A stretch of DNA of 64,000 nucleotides from Octopus vulgaris (Eukaryota). Both the position numbers and the translations under genes were made by a program. This document shows positions 29,301 through 55,700 of the stretch, one piece after another. The stretch is from positions 23,932,001 to 23,996,000 of the forward strand of contig OX597818.1 in the NCBI GenBank assembly GCA_951406725.2, in the 5' to 3' direction. Under the pieces are notes generated by a model. It was not told the DNA's origin, did no database searches, and saw nothing but the letters and a program-made list of their open reading frames with translations. The first letter of the stretch is position 1. Each line of letters starts with the position of its first letter.

Positions 29301-30724
29301 TAAATGGAAAAAGTTTGAAAAAAATATTGTTTAGATTCATTTATTTTCATTTGAGTGATAGAAAACTGTTTTTGGTTATGGAGGATCCGATTCTGAAATT
29401 TAAAAAAATTCAAAAATCGCATTTTCAAAATTTCAATACCCCCACCCACCACCATTTTCCACTTTTTCGCAATTTTTTAATTTATTATTATTTTTTTTTT
29501 TTTGCGAAATACGTAGAAAAATACGAAGATTACGATTCTGAAAAACTTCAAAATTTTTTCCCTCATATACTTAATCTCCGTATTTTCCTACGTAGATTGA
29601 TGGAATAAAAAAAAATTCGAAAAAATTTTTTTAAAAGTTTAAGAAAAAAACCCCACTTTAATTTCACATGAATTACTTTGTCATATTACTATGGGAAATT
29701 ACTCTAAAAGAAATCTTTGCAGTAAGGTGATCGCAGTTTTGTGAGATTTGGCTGTTATTTCTAACATGTGGAGAGCCTGCTTGAAGGCCTGAGGGTATAT
29801 ATTGTTTGTTTTTTTTCCTGTTGAAAAATTGAAATTTTACAAACGAATTTTTTTCAGAATCGTTAACTTCGTATTTTTCTACGTATTTGGCAAAAAAAAA
29901 AAAAAAAAATAATAATAATAATAATAATTTGCGGAAAAAGTGAAAAATGAAGTGCGCGGGGGGTAATGGAAATTTTGAAATTTTTTTTTTTCAGTATCGG
30001 ATCCTCCATAACCAAAAACGTGGGATTCCGTAAAAAACAAAATCAATATATATATATATCCATTTTAGCGGAAGTTATGACGGAAAAATCGGAACTTGTG
30101 AATTTTCCGAAAGTCCTCTCCCCACCCCCATATATTCGTTTTCTACATACTTGTTAACACCCACCAGGCTGGTGTATTATTTTTTTTGTTCCCGGGTGAA
30201 GATCTTTATATCGTGACCATTATTTTCCAAGCCACTCTTATCACGAAGTTTGTTTACTAACAGAAGCATGCTTATATTTAAACGATTCGTGCATTTTCCC
30301 GTTATCTTGAAGCACGCAATCCGAAACATTTTCGTGAAAAAATATTTTGGCGAAATTCTGGTTTAAGCACTTTGATATTTTAGTGCAACAAACTATTTAC
30401 ATGGATACCCTTGTTATTCAAAACAGATTTTGAATGGCGCAGTTCTTTGTTTAAATATCGGTTTTGTTATTTACTGAGTTTCGTTTGTTGCTAGATTTTT
30501 TTAACCTTATTTCTGGTTCTGTCTGGCGCGCAAAGAAATTAAATGATCATATTTCATTTCAGCATAAACGTGAAATTACAAAAAAAAAAAGTTTCCCTTA
30601 CTTAAAATAATGATGTTTTGTCATTTTAAAATTAATTTTCACGTCATATGAAGCAAATTATAAATAGTTGTAATAATATTTTAACTTACGCTGAAACCTC
30701 TTTACCGCTCAGTAAAGTTGCCAT
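14194..30724 (-). CDS. MTHFD1: MTHFD1-type methylene-THF dehydrogenase/methenyl-THF cyclohydrolase, DH/CH domain only, 299 aa (362 aa from upstream ATG at 30913); complement join(30690..30724,26073..26157,24863..24976,23981..24040,20536..20612,19219..19319,17498..17634,15028..15139,14194..14372)
   Basis: Exons sum to 900 nt in consistent phases with GT-AG introns. Motifs: [99 protein letters not shown] on the minus strand at 14105-14110. Confidence 0.93.
15028..15139 (-). CDS. MTHFD1: MTHFD1-like exon 8
   Basis: [37 protein letters not shown]; 112 nt. Confidence 0.93.
16737..17401. repeat. Minisatellite: 5 near-identical 133-bp units
   Basis: The unit aggacaaaatataaggtttctgc...gcattataaggtta starts at 16737, 16870, 17003, 17136 and 17269; only a few substitutions, no spacers. 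Confidence 0.95.
17498..17634 (-). CDS. MTHFD1: MTHFD1-like exon 7
   Basis: [45 protein letters not shown]; 137 nt. Confidence 0.95.
19219..19319 (-). CDS. MTHFD1: MTHFD1-like exon 6
   Basis: [33 protein letters not shown]; 101 nt. Confidence 0.95.
19590..19875 (+). mobile_element. RTE-clade LINE 3' ORF fragment
   Basis: [23 protein letters not shown]...[17 protein letters not shown]; very similar to the minus-strand copy at about 60000-60230. Confidence 0.9.
20536..20612 (-). CDS. MTHFD1: MTHFD1-like exon 5
   Basis: [26 protein letters not shown]; 77 nt. Confidence 0.9.
20712..22947 (+). mobile_element. Decayed piggyBac (PGBD4-like) DNA transposon in an MTHFD intron
   Basis: Transposase remnants: [12 protein letters not shown]...[39 protein letters not shown], and a Cys-rich tail CTVCK...[19 protein letters not shown] at 20712 and 22944. 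Ends are approximate. Confidence 0.85.
23981..24040 (-). CDS. MTHFD1: MTHFD1-like exon 4
   Basis: [20 protein letters not shown]; 60 nt. Confidence 0.9.
24863..24976 (-). CDS. MTHFD1: MTHFD1-like exon 3
   Basis: [38 protein letters not shown]; 114 nt. Confidence 0.93.
26073..26157 (-). CDS. MTHFD1: MTHFD1-like exon 2
   Basis: [28 protein letters not shown]; 85 nt. Confidence 0.9.
26633..26853. mobile_element. piggyBac-type MITE, 221 bp
   Basis: TTAA|ccctttcattac ... gtaacgaaaggg|TTAA. Related copies at about 17700-17917 and 57160-57375. Confidence 0.85.
27022..27237. mobile_element. Second piggyBac-type MITE family, 216 bp
   Basis: TTAA|cctattagcattt ... gaacgccaaaggg|TTAA. Related copies at about 11515-11632 and 43265-43464. 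Confidence 0.75.
29340..30216. repeat. Modular foldback-like repeat (same family as 4400-5380)
   Basis: Internal inversion: tatggaggatccgattctga (~29377) vs tcagtatcggatcctccata (~29991); aaatacgtagaaaaatacgaag vs cttcgtatttttctacgtattt. Confidence 0.75.
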
Positions 30725-30913
30725 GGTAGTTTGGTGACGTTCTGCAGAAGAATTCGAATTAAGTCTTGTTACTGTTATCGGTCTAGAACAAGAGGCAGGA
30801 GACACGTGTGTGAGATAAAAAGTGGGGGAAGGACGAATCGCAAAACAAGCCCTAGTTACGTTTCTGGCGGCAATCAGGTGACAAACTGGTCGGAAAAGCA
30901 TGCGGTAGGTCAT
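30690..30913 (-). CDS. MTHFD1: MTHFD1-like exon 1, including the in-frame 63-aa presequence-like extension (ATGs at 30913, 30901, 30724)
   Basis: [75 protein letters not shown], then GC|gtaagt donor. Confidence 0.8.
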
Positions 30914-31797
30914 CGTACGCACGTGTTGGCCGATAACAAATGTCTTCGATTGTATATAAACTTATTTTAGGAATTGCTATCTTTGAACAAGATAGATACC
31001 AAGCTCAGCATTATTTTTCACTCCCCTCACTATTTCAGAGAAGAAATTTGACAACAGGACCGGTGTTAAGAAAGAAGATATCACTATCAGCATTACACAA
31101 GGTCACAATAGCCTTACTTTTTCGTCAACGTCAACTCAGACATTTCAAGATTTGATTAATGACACTGCAATTGATACAGTCATTTTTTATATGAGACATT
31201 TTACAATTTTAGGGTTTTATAGAAAATGTATGTACGAGTGTTTTTAATTTCAGCTTAGGTTAAACATTTTTTAGAGTATTGTATTCGATCCGTAAACAAT
31301 AGGCCAAATCATTTTCATCAAATTTTCTTGATGAATTTTGGAGTATCCCTGAATATACCGTCTGAAATGAAAAATTTTCAAAATGGGAAATTCAGTGTCC
31401 AATTTCTTTGTGGATACGCGAAAATCAGTATGGATACGTAAAAGCATGCGAAATTTTATTTTAAACATCGGACATTAGTCTTTTTAAGTGCTCCAATTAG
31501 CGGTTTAATTCTGGTTTAATGCACCCCGTATTCCCCTTCATAACTTTATTTTTTTGGAAAGTTCAGAAATTTTTGTGAATTTGTGTTCTACATACGGGAA
31601 TTCATACGATTATGGAAAAAAAAAATTCTTTTAAATTTTTAAACCCTTTCCCCTCCTCACATAAGTCAAGTTTGTACAAATAGCCATACTAATAATATTT
31701 TAACACAATACATACATACACATACTCAGAAAGATACAAGCGAAGTGATGAGTGAATAGTAACATTTATTAAATGTTCTCGTCGATGTTGACCAAAT
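30914..31797. promoter_or_regulatory. Putative bidirectional promoter between the MTHFD1-like gene (-) and MRPL40 (+)
   Basis: Divergent start codons 884 bp apart. Depends on the tentative MRPL40 exon 1. Confidence 0.45.
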
Positions 31798-46852
<15,055 letters not shown>

Positions 46853-47260
46853 CCAAGTACAGTTTTGTGATTGGTCAAATGGAGTTAGTTTTTATATTGT
46901 AATAAATTATTGAAACTTTATGATATTGTAATTCTTATTTGAAAGGTGTATAGCAGAAAGATTAGTTAGTTTACCAGACTAAGAGAATTTAATTCGGCTA
47001 TCTTTATATTTTAACTTACTTGCTTTTCATTCTCCTGTTCATAAAATAAGTACAAGCCATTTACTAAAGTTGATTCAATGAACTTATTGTTTGTTCTACT
47101 ATAAATGTTCATGCCATATCATAAATTATTACATATTTTTGTTTCGATAGATTTTAATTCTTGCTGTTAAAATGTAAAATCACTGTACAAAGACACAGGC
47201 ATGGTTTTGTGGTTAAGAAGCTTGTTTTGTAGCCACATGATTTCAGGTCCAGTCCCAATG

Positions 47261-47370
47261 TTTAGCACCTTGGTAGGTGGAAGTCTGTCATATATGTTTG
47301 TCTCCCTTGACAACTTTTAGCACCTTGGTAGGTGGAAGTCTGTCATATATGTTTGTCTCCCTTGACAACT
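47261..47370. repeat. Exact 55-bp tandem duplication inside a SINE remnant
   Basis: tttagcaccttggtaggtggaagtctgtcatatatgtttgtctcccttgacaact occurs twice. Confidence 0.9.
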
Positions 47371-48343
47371 GGTGTTGTTTTATGCCCACCCACCCCAACT
47401 TAGCAGTTCAGTAAATAAACTGATAAATGTATAAGTAATTGTTTGATCAATGGCAGTGCCCCAGCCTGGCCAGTCCTATAACAAGTAAATGTTTTCAGTA
47501 ACTCTCCTTGATGGTCTTGCTGGTTCCCCTACCGCTATGGTTTTATTGTTTAGTAATCAAAATCTAGTCCATCTGTTAGGTCTACTTTTCCTCACACTGC
47601 GATCATCAATAATAGCATTTCATATTTCATTCACCCCAATGCCAGCGAAGGCATGTGCACCACTATTGTGTAATATTTCAATTAACGATATTAAATAAAA
47701 AAATTATAGTGGCTGTGTGGTAAGTAGCTTGCTTACCAACCACATGATTCCGGGTTTAGTGCCACTGCGTGGTACCTTGGACAAGTGTCTTCTACTACAG
47801 TCTTGGGCCGATCAAAGCCTTGTGAGTGGATTTGGTAAACGGAAACTGAAAGAAGCCCGTCGTATATATGTATATATTTGTGTGTCAGTGTTTGTTCCCC
47901 CAACATCGCTTGACAATCGATGCTGGTGTGTTTATGTCCCCCGTAACTTAGCAGTTCAGCAAAAGAGACCGTTAGATTTGCTCGACTAAAGGCGGTGCTC
48001 CAGCATGGCCACAGTCAAATGACTGAAACAAGTAAAAGAGTATATATGAACATGAGAAGTAACTGCACAAAATAAATGCTAAATATTCATGATTGCTCTG
48101 AGAGTTTAATTATCACAATTGGCCTCAATAATGTGCATCTTTATTCACTAAGCATGAATGCTTAGTATATGTGCACATAATATACTCACAAATTCTTTCA
48201 TCTTAAAACTTTTGAATTAATTCATCCTTCCAGTCAGGATTGCTAATTCAATAAATTTCTAATTAGATCTAGCATATTTTAACACAATATAGCCAATGAA
48301 TACAATCATCTAGCTGACAGAAATTTAATTATTTTAAAAATAA

Positions 48344-48756
48344 GGATCTTTCCGGTTTGAACAGCAGTTTTTTTCTAGCAGTGTCATATGAAATTGTCAC
48401 CCATAATTATGACCCTAGTATCGATCTATTGCATTTCAATCTTTTTTAGGGTTAGGGTTAGTTAGGGGTGGGGGGAAGGGTATTTTTTTTTCTTCACAAA
48501 TGTAAATAAACCCAATCTGTTTCTTAAACGAGGGACATATTCATACGGCACAGAATGTTTTTTTTTTACCTCAATGGACGTCATTGATTGGTTGAAATTG
48601 CAGAAAAAAACAAATATCTTACAAACTATAGAATTTTCTCAATAAAGCCAAGAGAAAAATATGTTTTATAAACACATTCTACCAGTATACGAAGTTTAAA
48701 ATTTTTTAGTTACCTAGAAATTATGTTAAAAACTGCCGTTCAAACCGAAAAGATCC
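48344..48756. mobile_element. Intact MITE, 413 bp, with 28-bp TIRs and an 8-bp TSD
   Basis: TIRs ggatctttccggtttgaacagcagtttt / aaaactgccgttcaaaccgaaaagatcc; TSD aaaaataa at 48336-48343 and 48757-48764. Confidence 0.9.
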
Positions 48757-51700
48757 AAAAATAATGTAGATTATCATGCTACATTCATTGTTAGCAGTTT
48801 ACAATTAGTTGAACTAATCATATTTCACGGCAAATTTAAAGACCTACTATATTAGGCAATTTCAGAATGGTCATAGCAGTAACAATGTAACTCGGAGGCT
48901 ATTTAGCCATTAGTAGTCTGTTTCTGTAACCCAGAACATAGGTGTTATTGGTGCTGAATTCAGCTTTCCTGACTACCCAAAGTGAAACTAAACCAATTTC
49001 TGTTTAGTATTGAAAAATGAAATTTAGATGTTATAAGGGAAGCTAAATAAGGTTTGGTAGACTGTTTTATTAAAATATTTACTTTTTAAGAGAATCCTAA
49101 AATTTAATTTATTGTTCTTATAATTCTTTAAAAATATCTATTTCTCATAACCATATATTAATTAATCAGGTAATGATTTTAGCTAATTCTGGCTATAAAT
49201 ATTATCTGATTGTCATCATCATCGTTTAATGTCCATTTTCCAGGCTGGCATGGATTGGATGGTTTGACATGGAGCTGGGGAGCTGTTCAGACTCCAATTG
49301 TCTGTTGTGGCATGGTTTCTACAGCTGGATTCCCTTTCTAATGTCAACCATTTAACAGTGTGTGGAGTGCTTTTCACATGCCACTGGCATGGGTGCATTT
49401 ATGAAGCACTGACCCCTGAAAGAATAAGCTTGTATGTATGGAAGACAGCGATTTTACTTAAAACAAATTGCCACATTCCCGGTCCCTTGTCATTTCCTCA
49501 ATGAGGCCCAGCGTCTGAAGATCTTCCCTCCACAATTTTAATTTGACAGCTCTGCCAAAATGAAAGGAGAGTACTGTGGCAAATGCTATCAATAACTTAA
49601 ACAAAATATGAAATCATAAATATACACAAAAGCTGAAAGAAAGAATTAGTTTTGAAATTTTTTCTTGAGGCTAGAGAATTGCATCTACAATTTTAATGGA
49701 TAAAGAAAAGTATTTCAATGACATTAAAAAATTGCACACTTCTTGCAATCTTCAGTAATAAAGGATTTGTCATCCTTATTCTTTGCATAGAAAACTTTTT
49801 CTCAACAGAACTCATCAAATGCAATGCTTAAGAATACCTTTTATACAAGCTGTTAATTTTGCTAAGGGTTTATAATTTTTTATGATGCTAAAGGATAAGA
49901 AAGAAGACAGCTGAAGAAATATTTATTGCAAACAATAACTGGATTTATAGATATAATGATAGACAACAATTATAGTCTGTTGCAGCATTCTTTTGTATTA
50001 AGTTGTAGATTTTCCCTCATTATTTAAATTGTTTGAAACGATTACAGATTTATATTCAGAGAAACATCAAATAAAAACACAGGCATTCATCACCACAAAT
50101 TAGTCTCTAAGCTTAATGATGTTCAGAAGTATGCCAAGAGTCAGATATTTATCCATCAACATATATCTTTTAAAATAGGTATAATTTAGTTAACTGGAAC
50201 TGAATACATAGAAAGACACATGCTTTGTTGTAAACAACTTTGAGTGACCTAAGAAACTTCATGGTGAATATAATTCTGATCAGAATGTTGTATGGAGTTT
50301 ACCTCTAGAAACCCATTTTTTCACACTTCAATTAATCCATTGAGAATTTTTATTACCGCTCAAAAAGCTTTGCTTGAATTCATTTCATCATCATTTTACA
50401 TCCACTTTCTGTGGTGGTAAAGTCTGGATGGTTTGACCAGAATGCTATTTGGAGTATCACACCTTGCTCCAATGTCTCAGTTTTGGTGTGACTTTTTGGG
50501 CTGATCAGGTCAATTTGTAAGACTAAAGACCTTACAATTGAGAGAGAGAATAAAAGTGAGTACGATGACAAAGGTGAGAGGTTTAGGTTGAAGGAAATTA
50601 ATCTATCATGAGAGGAACAGTTTCATTGCAAGAGGGTAATAGGAGAATTTAACAGACAGAAGGAAAAGTTTTTTTTCCAGTTAATATTTGAACTATTAAG
50701 AAAGATTACAAAGATGTTTAAGAGATACTAATGGTAATCCAGTAAGGTGGTTTAGTATAATGTGTGTGTGTTCATAAGCATAAGGTCTCCACATTAGGGG
50801 GTACTGTTATTTTGAAAAATTATGTCTTAGTAGCTAACCATTGACATGTATCTCCGCTCATATTTGTGGTGTGTATATAATACATATACTCACACATTTG
50901 CATATATGTATACATTATTTTGGTAGCTACAATAAAAATAAAGGCAACAAGTTATAAAAAGTAAGCAAAAAATTTTACGAACTTCACAGTACCAAATAAA
51001 ATGTACGCAACAATACTGTAATAAGTAACCAGTCAGCTTGTTACATAATGGGCAAATAGATGTAAAGATGTTGATGTCAATAGATTGATAAAAAAAATAG
51101 CAGATTACTGCATTCCTTTGCAACAAATTTTTTTTCTCTATGTAAAAAAGCAAAATTCATGAAGTCTGATGTATGGTAATACATATTGCCAACACTGAAA
51201 ACAGTGTTTTATGCATGGAAAGAATAGTCTGTTTGATATGCTGTGCTATTTTTATGAAACTGGTTATATACAAGTAAGTTCAGAAAATGAGAGAATATGA
51301 AAATTACTGGATGATATTTGAAAAATAGTTGGCTCTCCTATGATATAGTTGTTTTAACAATAAGCTGTGCCTTATTGCTCGGCAGTGATGTAAGTAAAGC
51401 ATTTCAAAGTTTGATTATTGTGGAGATAAATTATAGATTCAACTACATATTCATTATTAAAATTTTATATATAATACAGACACACAATAATCATTTTACA
51501 CAATTCTCCCATATGCTAGAATGGTTATGATGCTTTGGTTTGATAAGTTTCAACAGCTCAGAAGACCAGATCTTGCTCTAATGTCTCATTTTTGACATGG
51601 TTTCTACAGCTGGACTCTTCTTAATGTCAACCACTTTACAGAGAGTATTTGTTGCACCAGCATTGTTGGGGGTCACCTTGCAAAGCGAAATAGAGCCCAT

Positions 51701-52558
51701 AATGGTTGGGACAAATTTATCATTGTGAGCAGATGGTAATGGTGACAGGAAGCACTAATTAAATGGACTAAGTAATGGATAGGTCAGTCCACCAGCGATA
51801 CCAGCATGGTTGTATTATTCATCAGGGCTCAAGACAGTTTTCACTAGAATTACATAAGTTAGTTGTTGGGTGTGATAGAGAAGAATCTACCAGAGATAGG
51901 AAAGTGAGTAATAGGAAAGAAAATGAAAAGTAGTGTCAGTAGGTTAGAGAGTGTGTATGTGTTTGATACGACAGTAGGGAATGTTAAATCGGAGAAGATG
52001 CATATTGTAAAATAATAAAGACAGGAATGTTCATCATCTAATCCTTTATTAAATATGAACTGAGAACCACAGAACAAATTCTGAGTGTTAACAGTCAACA
52101 TAAATCATATTAGGGTTGCCAACAAACATACAACAATCTTCAACATGCACACACAGACACCATTTCCATATCAAAAAGATTATTAAAAAAAAGGAAGGTA
52201 TGTTATTTCAGTCAACAAGAAAGAGCTAGTTACTGATCATTTTATCTAGCTTAGAATGTCTTTTCTCTACTTTGTACGTTTTCTGAATGGGTTACATTAA
52301 AACTAGTTATCTTGTGTCAAACATTCAAAATGTACACGTACCAAAAAACAGGCTTTGCAAGTTTTTTTAAATGCTGCTGTTACATTGATTGTTCTCAATA
52401 TTTTATTGAATTCATTTATCATAAACTCATTCTTTATATCTAGTTGGTTCATCAAAGATTCTTGAAAACACTGATACTTTTTTCTATATGGTTTTAATTT
52501 ATTAATATTGTATTTTAAGTCCACAGAAGAACCAGCATGAATAATGGTATAAGTAGTG

Positions 52559-52739
52559 TTATAATGACTTAAAAGCACCATTCAGATCTTGCCCTAATGC
52601 TAAGTTGCCCAAGCGCCGTGATACTTCCAACTGTGCCAAGGTAGCATCAAGTAAAGTGTAGAGATGAGTGATTTCATGATCACTACGGGAAAGAGAAATT
52701 GCCTTATGAAAATTGGTAACTGCAGATTCTATATTACCT
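52559..52739 (-). CDS. TOMM70: TOMM70-like final exon
   Basis: GNIESAVTNFHKAISLSRSDHEITHLYTLLDATLAQLEVSRRLGNLALGQDLNGAFKSL*. Confidence 0.88.
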
Positions 52740-55700
52740 CTGCAAACAGAAAAAAAAGAAACCAGTTAAATTTATGATTTCAACAGCAAAATTGGGTGTC
52801 TGAAAGTCAGTTTAATAGAAAAAAATATTTTTAAAGAGATTTGTTGCCCAAGGCCAGAACAATGCAAGAAGGTAGAAAGTAAACTACAAAAAAAAAAATA
52901 AATAAATAAAAAATAAAAAATTGTATTTCTATATTTCAGGGACATGGCACCTTCTTCACAACATTTGGAAAAAATTGTTGCTCAGATGTGTGGGGCAGAA
53001 AGGTGACATGCACAGACAGGTGCTATTATGGCAACCAGTCTGCTTCATGTAGTTCCTTCCAATTGGTTAGTGTGTACACCGTGATGTTATCTGTGGTATT
53101 TTTCCTCAACAGAACTTTCCTCAGGGATGGACCAGTGTGCACCAACTGTAGGTTGGATATCCCCTTACAGATTGCATGTTACATCTGTCGTTGAAGTGGA
53201 GCAGTTTAAGGAAGCGCTTTTCTGATTTGGCATTATGGACCTTCGTATGTGGTTTACCCACTTTTGTTTCATGGATGCAGTTGTTGAGCAACAGATGGCA
53301 GATAGCCTTTGTGTGCTAAGCTCTTGAAGAACTGCTCGATGTTGGTTGCTTTGTCAGTTGCTTCACTACATCTGTCTCGTGTGTGTGATCTCATTTTGCA
53401 CATATGTGGCTTTAGCTCTGGTGGGCAGAGCTGATTCGTAGTGTATGAAAAGATTCCTGTTGGCCACTTTTCTATAAAACTTTGTATAGATGGAACCCTC
53501 CTCTGTGTTCTTAATTTTGGAAATGCAGCAGAGAGATGGTTCAACTTTATATCTGACATGGCTGCTGACATTGTTGAAACTTTGATGTATGGCAATCGCT
53601 TCCTCCCAGGAGGTATCAGGATATTGTCAACGTACCCTGAGAAAAAGACACACGAGTGGTAGGTGTTAAGCATCATGCATTCAAGATGACTCATGTATGA
53701 GATGGCCAGCAGGCCTGAGGTCAGATCCCATCGGCAGACTTGAAATCTGTTTATCTGAGCTACTTCAATGTTGTATTGGAAATAGGTGCTACTGACTATG
53801 TTTAGTAATATGGAAGACATGTAGTAGTAAAAGTTATCGTAATTCATGAGACACAATATAGAAAAGAGGCTTATTGAAATATTATTTCATGTAACCTTCT
53901 TAAAAATTATATTTTTATTTATCTTTTCACCCACAGTTGTTTGCTAAATATTGCAATATACTGGAACTTATCAGTTATCAGCTTTAATTAGTTGAAAGGC
54001 ATCCCTTTACATGGATAACATGCTAGTCTATTGCAGGTTTTGCCTTTGGGAGGATTTTAGTCCAAGCCTGTTATAGATGTAATATACACAAATTCATAAT
54101 ATATAGATTGGACAATTGAAAGTTAAGTGTCTTTGTTACTGATGCTGCATGTTACTGGTGACATGATACAAACCTGCAACCCTGTGGCCACCTTACCAAG
54201 CCACACTTATTTTTGCTAATAATCTTATTCATGTTTGTATTTAAAATGTAGTGTAGAGATGCAGTTACTGTGCTCTGAGATGAAATCCTGTTCAGATTAA
54301 CTTTGCTGTTCATCCCTTCAACCTATCCAAAGTGACAGACTGGACACCTTGGCTCTTTGCATTCTGAGTTCAAAACTCACTAAAGCCTGCATCAGTAGTA
54401 GACAACCTTGTTGCCCAATCTGATAGCACCACCTGGCACCTTGGATACTTTAGCAAAATCCACTTTGTTGCAAGCATTTGGGCTAGGTTTCTCCTGATTT
54501 AAAAAAAAAAAGACAAGCTAGTAGAAATATGTAATGAAGTAATATTTTACCTGTGAACTTCTATAGAACCAAAGAGTTCATATGGATATTCATATTTTTC
54601 ATCCATACTAATAGCTTTCTCAATGTAAGAGCGAATTTTATCAAAGTCTGGTTCTTCACTGAGTAGCAGGACTCTATAAGATAAAATATAAATACCTGAG
54701 GTTTCCTGAACATGTATATAAATGAAAATAATATCAATAGTCTTACAACAAATGAGCTACATGCACCTGTAGTCCTGAGCCAGACTCTCTGTTAGTTCAA
54801 CTTGGTTAGGATCAGCTGGACTCAGCAGAAAATACACACCACTTGTCCCTTTGATACAAGCAAACCTCTTGTTCACCTCTTTTTGGCTTAGGTTAATTAG
54901 CCAGCTATTTTTAAGTCAGTCTTGCACTTCTTACACATACATCATACAGTCTACCTTTGACACAAAGAAAGGAATCCTTTACTTATTTGTCAACAGAGAC
55001 GACGACTCTCAAAACTGCTTTCGTCTCTTCTTTGCTCTAGCTACTACGGTTTTGATACAACTACATTTACCACTTATTTAATTCCCTTAGATAACCAACA
55101 AAATCTAGTGAGCTATCTGAACAGTTCATGGACTTTATTTCACAGGTGCTTCTGTTGTCAACTACTTTGTAGTTCTGATTCTCCGTCAGTCTGAGAATCC
55201 ACTGCACCTTTTGTATACTTATTGCTTGTGTTGAGTACACATCATTGAGTTCCTATCTTTCCCTTCCTACCATTGAACAAGATTATTTCCTAAACATACT
55301 GTGATTGCATGCTCTCTTAGTAATCACACTGTTCTTTGACAAGACAAAGAGAGATAAATACATGTATAAAAATCATATATATACATATATATATATAGAT
55401 AGATAGATAGATATCATCATCATCATTTAGCATCTAACTCATGCTGGCATGACTGGAACTGGTAAGCTGGAGAACTGCACCAGCCTCCTGTCTATTTTGG
55501 TTTGGTTTCTATAGCTGGATGCCCTTCCTAACAACAACCACTCCACAAAGTGTAGTGGATGCTTTTAATGTGTGATGGATAATACATTCAACCACTGTAA
55601 TGAATTCAATTGCTGAAGTTAACAAACACAATTAAAATACTTGGTTATCAGAAGATAGATACCACTTATAAGTTATCTTTGAATTTAATAATCGCCACAC

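Noticed and set aside
30940-31155. 71-aa plus-strand ORF in the promoter region
   Set aside because: No homology recognised and no suitable phase-2 donor to join MRPL40 exon 2.
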